Below are positions 40,501 to 53,398 of a stretch of 64,000 nt of DNA, piece by piece (positions within the stretch are counted from its first letter, which is position 1; every line of letters starts with the position of its first letter). Under the pieces are notes generated by a model that worked only from the letters and a program-made list of their open reading frames with translations, was not told the DNA's origin and did no database searches. The DNA comes from Glycera tridactyla (taxonomy: Eukaryota). Both the position numbers and the translations under genes were made by a program. The stretch is from assembly GCA_965644265.1 (NCBI GenBank), contig OZ286459.1:27342001-27406000 (forward strand), given 5' to 3'.

Positions 40501-43500
40501 GGATAACGTCCAACTCGGACATCTCACGATACTATGCGCATGTGGACAGAAGGGGACATTGAGTAGAGTTGAAACTACATGATTATCAAGACATGCAACG
40601 TATGACGGAAAAATCAAAATAGTATAATTAATCATAAAGGGTATAAGTGATCCAAATGTGACTATAAAGGCAAAAGGGATGAACTCATTATTTTTACAAT
40701 TCTCATTAGAAGAAATTGTAAAAAATGATAAAAAAGGAAGGAAAAAAAAGGTAAAATTCTCTCTCATATTCTTCTCAAAAGTAAATGTTTAGCCTTTAAC
40801 TACCACATCTCCCTCACCCAAAGAAATTAGTGAGAATATATAGTTAGTCAACAGTGAATCTAATTATCGATAAATGTGCTTTAATTTTTTTTTAAATTTT
40901 TTTTATCTATGTCATTCGGCTAGTTGTGGAATCTGTAAGCGGTCACACAATGAGTGACGATGACTAGGTGAAGAAGGACAGGGGGTGTCATCAAGGGTGG
41001 CTACTTACGTCCAGTGATTGGATGCACCAGTGTTGGGTGTGTGGCAGCTGGCTGCGGCGATTGTTGCTTTGGTTTTGTGACTTTTGTGTTGCTCTTTGCG
41101 AATTCTAGACGTAGCGTCTGAGGCAAGTCAGGATCGAAACGAACACCCTGCAAAACGATCAAGATAGAACACTGAATGAAACTACCGTATGTTTCACAAT
41201 ACACCAACTGATTTCACATATATTTGTTGACTCCAATCATTTTGCAAGCCTATGGTTCTTTTGAAGAATTGATAATTCCATGTATCACAACATGAAAGAA
41301 TCCCTCTGTGTCACAAGATTTCGATCTGTAACTATATTTGTAAGTTGAAAGTTTGAAGTGTACAATGAATGCCCGTAAATCCACATAGTTCTTTTGTATT
41401 ATTCATGATAAAGCTATTAAAATTTTCATGTTTGATGCTGAATTCGAATCAAAATGGTAATCACATATATGGAATATGAATATTGAAAATTCCCATTTAT
41501 GAGTCTGGGCAGTCGGATGGCGACTGGAGTCCGAGACTGCTGGAACAGGCTGGAGATTATCCTCACAGTGCAGCTTATGTTGATCCAGATGGATCAGCCA
41601 TTGAAAGTAGATTAACCAACTCAATGCTACATAATCTACCCAGAACGACCAAATAATGATGATGAACAAAAGCGTCATCCATGCTAGTTTGATAGAGAAA
41701 TGTTACCATACAACCCACATTGCATCCAAAGGAGGATATTACAATGGAATCATTCAGTGTGTTATTCATATGAAATCAGTTGAGGATATATTACTGCGAT
41801 AATGATGAAAATTTGCATCCAAATACGACGGGTTAAAGTAGGATCATCTCTAATACGTCACTTCACCAATCAGTTCGAATTCGAGTGCGACTCTCACTGG
41901 CAGTTCAGAATCGAAATATTCATGTGTTTGCCTATGGCATGTTTAGGCCCGAGCTCTCCTACACTGACCATGCAGTCAAATTGATATCATTCATGAGTTT
42001 TCTCAGATTCCCCGGGAATGAAAATACAGGAGTAAATATAATGCTGGACTTTCATTCTGGATTCATCACTACCAGTACTATTGATATTTTTCATGATTCT
42101 AGTCCCATTCGATGACTGTCCAAGAATGTGAAGTGACTAGCATGTAGCAATGGTAAAGCTACCCATTGTCATTATCACTGCTGCAGTGTGTTTGGCTTCC
42201 CATGCGGGTGGCATGGGATCACTGATTTGACTCACAACTGTCGACTATCAAATAGGTGGATCATGAAATGTCCATGAAACGAGAAATCTTCTTTCTCCAT
42301 CTCACGCGTCTATTTCCACATATGATGATTATTTCAAGGGCTATTGAAAACAGGCCGCAATAAGCAGGAAAGCATCTTGGATTGATTGTATTCATGCCTA
42401 ATCTTGAGCAACTGTGAGATGTGGAAGAATTTGTACTCAAAATTTGTTGAAATCAACCCAATGTGTTCCTCTATGAATGACAAAGGCATAACCTCAGTCA
42501 GAATTATGGAGTTAATGGGAAAGAGCCCCCTCCCCTCCTGCATTATCCTCTCATCAGTGGTGAAAACCCCTAACCCCACCCTTCACAGCTCCTGATATCG
42601 ACTCTCACTGCACCACAGGACTGCGGGGATAATCCACAGCTCAACGCTGTGCCCTCACAAAATACACCAACCCCCTGCCCCCCCCCCCCCCCCCCCCCAT
42701 CCACCTGCTCAACCAGAGGCGGCCCGCCATACTGCAACCGAGGTAATCTATTCCCCACAAATACCAGATAATCTTCTTAATAGGAGCTCTTGATCTGCAT
42801 GGTCATGTGACCAATCACATGACCGCCCATGTGACCCAGTGTCAAATTGATTGGTGGTCATTCACGTTTGATTAGGACTAAATCCGCAGCGAGCATCGGA
42901 CCCTCCCCATTTTTCGTCGACTTATTGATTCAATTAACAGCAATGTCACCGAGCTAAGTCAGACTAAAGGTGAGATGTCTGCAGAGTTACGCGTGACGAG
43001 CGAACGCTGACTGATGAGGGGAGTTCGCTGTGCGCGTGTCCTTTGATCAGTCAACTGTTATCGTACATTCGAATAAAGCCACTTGCCCCACCCCCTAATC
43101 GCATTACGATCGCGGCCACACCTAAACTGCTAGCGTATTTCACCAATTACTATGACAACCATTATGTTGTTCTCCGCAGCCGGCCGTAATTCACATTATT
43201 ATACTGCGTCCATGTGACAAACACGTATTTATCACAACGCCCGCAGATGACAATATGGCTGCCGAGAGAAATATGAGATAATTAGTTTATCACATTTCAC
43301 CAACCAGTGATGCATCATAACACCAGTAATGGCGATTGTAACAGTGCCTGAACATGGGATATATTAGTGAAATGTCCCGCTGAAGGGGTCAGATCAGAGG
43401 TTGGGAATTACAGAGCAAACTCAAACTGAGTGCTCTCCAAGAATGCATGGAAGAATGTAGCACATTTTGGTGATGCTCCAAGTAAAAGGAACTAGAGACA

Positions 43501-46500
43501 AGACATTCTGAGAAAGTTTGGAGAAAGCAGGGGCATCAGACAAACATATCATTCTTAGCAACAACGAATTTCGCCAAAACCTCTACCAGGATACCAGAGT
43601 GCTCCCAGTTTCTAGGGACACAACTACTGAACCTTCTATTGCATCAAGGGAATGGGACTTGTGTCCCATATCCATTGAAAACAAGTCTGACTTCTTCAAA
43701 AGATTCCATCACGCCAGAAACTGTCCTGCACAAAAGCCAACTTGAAGTAACCTCCTGTACAAAGGATCTCATTTTTTCTGGGGTGTTTATTTGGGATAGG
43801 TTCAATCATTAGAAACAGAATGGCAGTATTGACTGGATATATCCCTTGCTTTCAATGACTAAACCACAAAGTGGAGACAGGAATGATTTAATGGTAAAAA
43901 TACATATACAGTTGAAGCTGTCTATAAAGATCGCCTTCTGTCGCATGAAAAGTGGTCTTTATAGGCAGGCGGTCTTTATAGAGAGGTCATTCACTGTTGA
44001 AAATACTACCACGGTCGGAGCTCAGGGTGGTCTATAGAGAGGTGGTCTTTAGAGCAGGTTGGACTGTACAGTTGAAACTGCTCTAAAGACCACCTGTCTA
44101 TAAAGACCACCCTGAGCTGCGACGGCTTTTTGGTGCGAACGCGGGCGGTCTTTATAGACAGGTTCGACTGTATAAAGCCACGTTGCACATGATTGCATGC
44201 AATGGCCTGGATCACATTGGCAAGGTACGAAGCCATCCCCAAAACTGACTCATCTAATATTGAGTGGAGCAAATTCGACCATTCTCCGATGTTACAAGGA
44301 GGCCATTAACACCAGATGACAAGTATGTGTGCATGTCACATTACCCCGCAAACTTCCGGTCAACCAAGTACACCTTTCATCATTTATGGCGGTATGGTGA
44401 ATTTTGTATCGGTTCATCCGGGTTAGATTGGGGAGAGCTTCAAGAATCTAAGAAGGAACGGAATGAATCCGACGAATAAGAGTCAAGTTACCCCTGTTGT
44501 CAATTCCAACAGATGACGCACGACCGACACACTTTATATTCATTCCCCGATATTACGGATATAACATTTCCGCTTTTTTGACACCACAGCTGAGAATTCA
44601 TCAACCTGTATTTTGAAAATACGACAAGCTGGGTACTGGAAGCTGTCTTTAACATCCAGACATGCATTTGAGATTACTTTTTCTTTGCTAACAAAAATCA
44701 TTTTGATGACAAAAATCATTTTGATGATGAAAAAAGCCGAATGTTTGACGCAAAATTCCTGGGAAACTTTCCAGTAACACTGGTTTTCCCAACATGATGC
44801 ACCTACAAAAGTCGATTTTGATCGATAATTGTCAGCATGACATGGTGGTGAAAGTTTAATCCGCATGGCAGGTGACGATGAAAGATGCAGTTTGCACCCA
44901 TTGTCACAGTTGTGTGGTCATGCGATGGAACTGATGGACACCAAATTGATTGATTGATTATTTGGGAATTAGCTTTGAGCCCCCGTTTTCACACAATCTC
45001 TCATGCGCTGACAGTTGCCTGAAACTCGAAAATTGCATGCCAGCAGAAGATGTCATCTGTAAATATTATCGCCCTATTCGACCCCGAGCCGATTCATCAT
45101 TCTAAATATGACGGAATACGACAGCCACCTCTCCATCCGGTCGCACTGTTACAACGAACTGATCGTCACGACTAACTGATCTGTATTTGAATTCCCAAAG
45201 TGACACTGACAGTGGACCTGATGCATGGCCCGATGGTCAAGTTGCATTCTCGGTACGACCGTTTGCACGCACTCATAGCGAAGTTGATTCAATATTCATT
45301 TCAGGTCAGTTCACCAGCATATGGAATGATTTGGATCAATTCAACTGGCCACAGCAAGTTCAACCGACTCAATGCCATGGCCATATTTGCTGCATTTGCT
45401 CAAGTACAGTCAAGCCTGCCTATAAAGGTCATCACGGTTGGGTCGGATGATTGACTTATTATATGAATTCAGACCAAAGTTCCCATTGTAGCTATGTCTC
45501 GGCAGGTAGCTTTCAAAGAGAGGTCATTTTCTGTTGAAATATGATCCAAACTAGAATTTTAGTGAGGCACCTCCTCACTCAATATGTCTCCCCCCCCCCC
45601 AGACTTTGTAATCATTCACTACCCGTATACATGCCTGGCATCCCACCTGCTTGCTTATTCATCTTCAAGTAAGCATGAAAAGATAGACATTAATGGTTGA
45701 CAACTATCCTTTGAGTGACCAATGATGTAGTATACCTAGTCATAAGTACGAAAATGTGTCCTGGGATATGAGGTGTGCTGGGGTACAGGGGGTCTCTTTG
45801 TGTAGGATTTGTCCTTGAGAATATGCCTAGGCATCAGAGAAGTTCAGTTGAATTTGGTTCAGCGGTTTGAGTGGAATTTTGCTGACAAGGGAAGCTCTTG
45901 ATCAGGTCTTGATCAGTGACCCAGGAAACTAGAACAATTCAGCAAATGAGATTTGTCCATATTCTCAAATTCTGAAAATAGCTCCTGTGACCTTGACCTT
46001 TGACCTTTTGGCACCATCTTCAAAATGCCAGTGTATCACCACTAGCCTGTAGATGCACTCAATGGGTGTGAATGCCCCGCCCCCCCCCCCCCCCCCCCCC
46101 CCCGTAAGTAATTGAAAAATCGATGGGTGTGTTGCCATAGATGTACAACCTCTCATAGAGGTTTGAGAAGGCTACCCCTGAAACTCAATTTATTGTCCGG
46201 AAACCATTTTGCACTCAGTGACCTTGAAATGCAAGATGTAAATCCATAGTCTAGGAAAGGAGGTATACAAACTTTGAGACGAAAACACACCAGTGGACCA
46301 ACACAGGGGGTATGACAGTCAAATTGCTAACAGCGATACAGGCGGACCTCTCTATAAGGACCGCCTTTGGTCACATCAAAAAGTGGCCTTTATAGGGAGG
46401 TGGTCTTTATAGAGAGGTCATTCACTGTTGAGAATACTACCACAGTCGCAGCTCAGGGTGGTCTTTATAGGGAGGTGGTCTCTATAGAGAAGTGGTCTTT

Positions 46501-49500
46501 AGAGGAGGTTTGACTGTATATACCAATATGCCAAGTATAATAGCCATTGGATAGCCACAGGCAGCAACAAGGAGCAGACACAAACAGGGAAGTTAATTAA
46601 GTTTTGGCTTTTGTTTGAGGAGAGAGGGAAAATGAAATCAACGTCTAGTCATTAGAGCAGGACAAAAGAGCATTGTCAGAGACCGAAGAATATTACATAA
46701 CATGAATGGAGAGGCATGAGAAATGCGTTCATTTCGGAGAGGTCACAATACAGACTGAGTTTAATTGGGTACATTTTTGGTGAAATTTCAGTGAAATTTT
46801 TGCCCCTGGTGATCTTGAAAATCATGTCACATAGACCAAAATCTAATCAGTTCATTAGACCCTCCCAAGGGGTATGCCTGCCAAATTTCATCAAATTCGG
46901 ATGAGTAGTTTTGCTGCAATCGTGCTCACGAGGTTTTGTGACAGACAGACGGACAGACGGACAGACGGACAGACGGACAGACGGACGGACGGACAGACGA
47001 ACAGACGGACAGACGGACAATACGAATTCTATATGTCTCCCCCATCAGGGGGGAGACATAATTCCAGCTCAGGGTGGCCATCGTGGGCAGGTGGCCTTTA
47101 TAGAGAGATTACATATGCAGTCTATGCACAGCAGACATTGTGAAAATCCTCTAATGTTATCACTATATGGACATATGTACCGTGAAATAAATAAAAGTTT
47201 TTGAATTTGAATCAGAATTGGATTTGAAATTGACTCTCACCTGTAGATCCTGTTTGGCAGCTTCTGCGGCACATCTTGAGTTGAACGTGACAAATCCCAC
47301 CGGCTAGAATAAGTTGAAGGACGGGGAAGGAAAAAAACAAAACTCACAGTATTAGAAATGAAAGAGAGAAAGAGATGATCGTAGGTGTCAGCATGTGCAC
47401 AGTCGCCACTTCTCAACCATCCACCACCATCCTCAACCACTCGGGGGAAAAGCACAAACCAATGCTTCGCATGTATACACACACACCCACGCACACACGC
47501 ATGCACACACGCACACACACACACACTATCATCACCTCATCACCAGTGTCATATAGAACCAAATTCCACATCTATATATTTCTGACCTTCTCAAAAGCCA
47601 AAACAACTCAATCTAAAACCTTTAGATTAATATGCATGTATTTTATTGTATCAACGAAAATAAAGAAATGTTGAATCAAATCAAATGACACGCAAATTTC
47701 AGGCTCTGATCACAATTCAATTCAGATATCAGGGGGTAATGTTCAAACTTTTGAAATTGAAATGACGATGGAATTTGGCTCTTCAATAGTGTTCATCTGC
47801 ACTTGCTTTATCATTCCAAACATTTCACAGCAAGGTCATCCTTTACTCTCAAGGTCATCAAATAGGCCACCAAATCACAGACTGATCTCAAGAGTGCTAC
47901 TGTAGAAAATTGTGACTTCATAAGACAATATTTTCAACAATTGTGCTGGTTTACTCCGGGAAAGTGAGTCACAATTTCAAAAGTCTGAAGTAGACATTGT
48001 CACAAACTTCAACTAGAGTGTGCGGAATTTTTCCACCATGAATGGGAGCAACACTGCTCGGATCAGTCTATTCTTCGGTGACCAGTACATGACCACACAA
48101 TCATGCAGTTTGGCGGGAAAATAGTAATGGTTGGACAATCGAGTAAACCTTTAAGTCGTCATGCAAATGAAGGCAGATACATCGTTAATGAGATGTACCC
48201 TACACATAGCATCACTTGCGACAAACTCTCTAGTCACGAAAAGATTCGGCAAGGGTGATGAGATTCTTTCAATAATTAGAAATGGCTAGCATAAAACTAC
48301 ATTTCACAACACACGAGAGGAATGTGCAAATATAACTCATCAGATTCTTTGTTGTGTATTTGAAATTGAATCTCTGAGTTTCTTTCCAAAGAAATTGGAT
48401 TTCATCAAACTGCAATTCAGTAAATTAACAAAGAGATCAGCATCGATTCACTACATCAGAATTTCCTCATCAATCAAAAAATTCCGTAATCGATAAATTA
48501 TCATATTCATGGGTGAAAGAATCTCATTCCTCTTGCACTCACCCTGGGAGACAAATGGACGGCAAAAGACATATCTTGACATTTAGTGGACCACGGCAAA
48601 AGACTTGAGACTGTAACTCTCAGTCAAATCAGTGGCTATTGGCTCATATCATCTCATGTCCAGTTTGTGAGAGCTGATCTGATTGGTCTGAGAGATACCA
48701 TCTCATGGCCAGTTTGTAAGAGCTGATTTGATTGGTTTGGTCTGAGAGATACCATCTCATGGCCAGTTTGTAAGAGCTGATTTTGTTGGTCAGAGAGACC
48801 AGCACAAGTCTTTGGCCTTCTGAAGTCACCAAATGACAGACACTGGACAGGACAGGACAGGACAGGACATAACGGAGACATACACACCAATAACTCACAC
48901 CACTTTCACTCACAAAATATGTAAATGGGTCAGTCATGTAGGTCATGTAAATAGGTCATGCATATTGTTACTGCTTGCAGGCCATAAGGACAAATCTTCA
49001 CTACATTTCTGCTACAGATATGCATCATTGGAACTTCTTAGAAGTACAGTGTGCTGTCAAGATGCAGGATCATAATTTGGGAAAAGCACTTGAATATGTA
49101 ATTTTGCCTGGGCAATTTGCTTTGGGCTAGTGATTTTGCATTAGATTAGAATCCATGAGTAAATCATCCATTTGTGTATCAACTGGCGTGACATAAATGT
49201 CTGATTCTACCATGGGCTTGACACATGCTTTTCTCGATTAGAGTCACGGAGTCAGGTTTGCAGTGATATGGGCAAGGATTATTTCCGCAAAACATTGGAG
49301 ACTAGTGATAAAAGTGATATTTCATGAAAAAAAATCTCATTGACATGGGAAGATAGAAATATTATTTTGGTGACGTTACAGTTGGCAGAGGTTAGCATGT
49401 CAAAATACTCATGAAAACGGGGCATAATAATGTAAAGTGTGTTTATGTGTGTATGTTTGCACAAGTGATCTCAAATAGCAGGCTTTATTCATTCGATGGA

Positions 49501-52500
49501 GTAATCTGAGAGGCACTGGCTGCCATACAATAATTTATAAAGTACATTAATATGAGGAAGAAGCCATACGGAAAGTGGGAAAATACCTGGGTGGTGAAGA
49601 TTTCAACCTAGGTCAGTGAAAAGAAATTTGAAGTAGACAAATTCAGATAGTGGACCATGCAATTTCATTGATCAAATGTGGATGATATACAAGAATGTCA
49701 AGAGTAATCTCGAAACATCTGATTAGCACATATTCTGGAGAGGTAACTCAGAAGAAAAATTATCGAAATTCCTTTCAGGAATTCAGGAAGCAACTGAAGA
49801 ATTCTGGTTACATGGAGAGCTTTTAGTTGGACCAAAGTCCATTCTATTTTGAAAATATCTTTGATAAATCACCATCCTGAAGTGACTGGATTATTTTGAG
49901 ATAAGATAAGATAAGCCGAATCATACATCTATACTCATATGAGCAGTAAATGAGTAGGGCCCAAGAGTAGCATGCAGGCACCAAGAATTCAAAATATTTG
50001 AAAACCAAATAAATCTCTTTGCAACAGTAACTGGAATCAGGATACTTGTGGCGAACAATAGACTGGAAATGAATTGATAACACATGTCTTAAGCTCATAT
50101 GAGGTGATTCTTCATACCAAAAATGTGATCTCTACCACTTCGGATGTGATTTGAATTCATCGTGAACTTCCTTGCGATTTACTCATCACTGGCAAAACCA
50201 AATAATCAAGTTTCATCCAGGATAATGCAAAAAGCAAGGGGGATGATATGTACATTCCATGTTGAGATTTGTTCCCATTCTGAGTTCTAAACCAAATGTC
50301 TTTTACGTTACAATTCAATTCAATAAAGTATCGAATCATAATTCCCTTGAAGTCATGAAAACTCAACCAAAAATACATTTTGTCATATATTACAAAATGT
50401 CAAAATTATCAAAAGAAAATTTTTCCATCAATACATCAGAATTGTCAAAAAGAATATTTTTCCTTCAATACACCAAGATTTTGAATTACGGCCAATAGGG
50501 AGGCTGCTACTAGGTTTCTGCATGCCAAGACACTAGTCCAGCAGCAAAGTGAAGTTAAACACACATACTACAGACCTGATGGTGTTTGATATCAATTAAT
50601 CAAATGATGTCCTGTGAGAAATACTTTCTGTGAAATGTGAATACAATTGATATTACATCTCAGAATGGGAACACATCATATTGGCGTGGGTGTGCTCCAT
50701 TTGGCCACACAAGGAGCCTGTCGATCTTGTCCTTGTTCGACGACCACAATCACAGCCTTTGTGAATGTTTTCACTCCATGATCCCACGCCAACTCATGAA
50801 CATGTCCATACCAGAAACTACCTGTAGTGAATATATACTACCGTATTCACTCTTTCAGATGTGTCAACCCGTTTACAATTCTAGCCATTCTGGTTTTTCC
50901 CCCAAGGATCATGACGTTAGATGGATTAAATTTACTAACATCAAAATTCAGCAAAGGAGGTTGAATTCTCAATTTTTTTATTTGACTAGGGACAGCTCTT
51001 GGTTGCATTCAATTGTACCCAAAAGATGTAAGTCAATAAACCCATTAGTAGACAAATACCTTCATTGCAAAACCACAATGATCACTCAATTTAGTTAATC
51101 ATTTCGGCTACTGGTATTTCCTTGAAAATAGCCAAAATTCTCTGAGTGAACCACCTTGCTTGACATTTTCTGGGCAGTAAGTTGAGAAGAGATGTTATCC
51201 AGTGTTCGATCTTTATGCAATGTGCAAAAGATCATGTATGTATACATGTGATTCCATATTTCGGAGGGCAAAGTTTTCATAATTGTGAGAGTAAAGTTTT
51301 CGAAATGTTTCTATACCAAATAACTTTTGGACGAATAGTGGAAAACCAAAGGCAACCTATCAGTCTATCGATCCCGCCTGGAGGATTCTGTCAATTGTGA
51401 AATACATCCGTCTGGAGGAATACGGTAGATGGAGTACAACAGGATTTGTATTTTTACCGGCAGATGGTGATGGAAGTCGTCCGCGCTTGGGGGTACATGT
51501 GGGTTGTACGAGTTTCCGTTGTAACCACCGGTCGCAGCTGCATTCATCTGTTGTTTGGCAAGTTCGATATAAAGTTTATTTATTTGATCATTTGTTGGAG
51601 CGTAAGTTTATGTTTCTCCGAGTGCAGCAGTTTGATAATAGCAAGTGTAACCACTAAGTAGCAAGGCCGTACCACCCCGGCAAAAAGTGGCGGCCAGTAA
51701 CCCATTATGTGTAAACCGTCTATGTGTGTTTTTCGTTTAATCGTGATGTGAGTCAAAAATGCAGCGGGCAGCAAGTCCGGGCGGCAAGTCCGGCAGATGC
51801 AAAAGCAATCAAGATGCACTGTTGTCAATCATGTGAGCGGTGAGTGGCGGACCGACTTCCGTGAAGTTTGGGCACAAACGGAATCGTGCGCAGGCGCATA
51901 TGCTTGCGTGCGTCCCGCTTGATTCTGTGTGAGCCCGAACTTGAGCAGAATTGGTCCCCCGGGGAGGTCATTCAAGTCAGGCATTCTCAAGATGCGTATT
52001 CCCACCAACCATGCACAATCAGGCATGCACAAATGCACAAACACATAGTGACATTCAATAACATTGCACCATCCCTGGCGGACATATTGATTTTATATTT
52101 ACCAGACAAAAAAATTAAAAATAACCTTCGCTAGTTACAGAATAGATGATTTGGCTTCATGGAGAAATTCCGAACAAAATAAATGTGGAAATAAATCGTT
52201 TTCAGTCAATCAAAGTGATCAAGAATATGATATCACTCAAGATATGAAATAATACAAATGAAGCATCTTCGTGGAGCACAAACGATCCCATCCAAAAAGA
52301 TTCATTTGATCCAGATTTGTCAAAATAATTCAAATGGGCTTGCAAAGAGAAACATTTGTATGTCTGAACCAGGGATAGTGGATAAAATTGGACAGATGGT
52401 ACATTCATATCCATGCCTTTCAGGTCACCGATTCCTGCAATCCGCAACTTCTATGGTAATTTGAACACATTTTGTGTTTCTTCAATGAAGCTCTCAATAT

Positions 52501-53312
52501 TATCTTCATCAACCAAGGAACACAACTCAATTGTGAAATTTCATCCTCAAGAGATGATTTTGTATTCACAACCAAATATGATTGCCTACATTGGTGGCTA
52601 CAGTGGTCAGATCTTGAAAGGCATAAGATACGAACATTCCAGACAAATTCTCATCATACATATTTCAACAAGAGACAAGAAACAAGGTCAATTAACAGTA
52701 CGAGAAAACAGCTTAACTTTATATAGACTGGATGAGAAAAATCACTATACATTGACATTTATCTTTGACTGGCAAGCATACTGCTTTAGATTCTATATAA
52801 GACGATACATAGGGACATGAGCAACATAATTTACTTAGCTCGACACAAAGTTTGTATGCAGCTTAAACATCGATTTTACCCAAATCTCTACAGCCCCGCC
52901 CTCCCCAACATGGGACCACTTGCTTCCCAAGCACGAGATCGAAAAATTATACATGTTAGTAAATGTGACAGAAGGCATTAACGAGAATATATATATGCAC
53001 TAAGCCGGTTAGGACTAGAATCAACGGAAGCCCATGCATATTAGTCATTCACAAACTAGGATGCACAAACGGATGCACAAACGGTTAGCTACATATGCAT
53101 GCTACATGGCAAGATTGTCTCATCATGTGACCAACAGCCTTCTGTAAGGGCATGCCTGATTGGTCCAATTTACATATGCATATACAGAGTAGTGGCTCAC
53201 TCCCGCCGCGATTTATGACAAACTCTTATCGTTGATTACAGAGATAGCACTTCTATGGAGTACGCAGCATTGGAAATTTTGATTTCTGATGCATGCTTTG
53301 TAATATCATTTC

Positions 53313-53398
<86 letters not shown>

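Noticed and set aside
48645-48800. Repeat array as CRISPR
   Set aside because: Head-to-tail tandem units without unique spacers, in a eukaryotic intron; no cas genes.
53318-53393. (AC)n on the sense strand as Cpo/hnRNP L site controlling the duplicated exons
   Set aside because: 1.6 kb away, and microsatellites of this type are ubiquitous.
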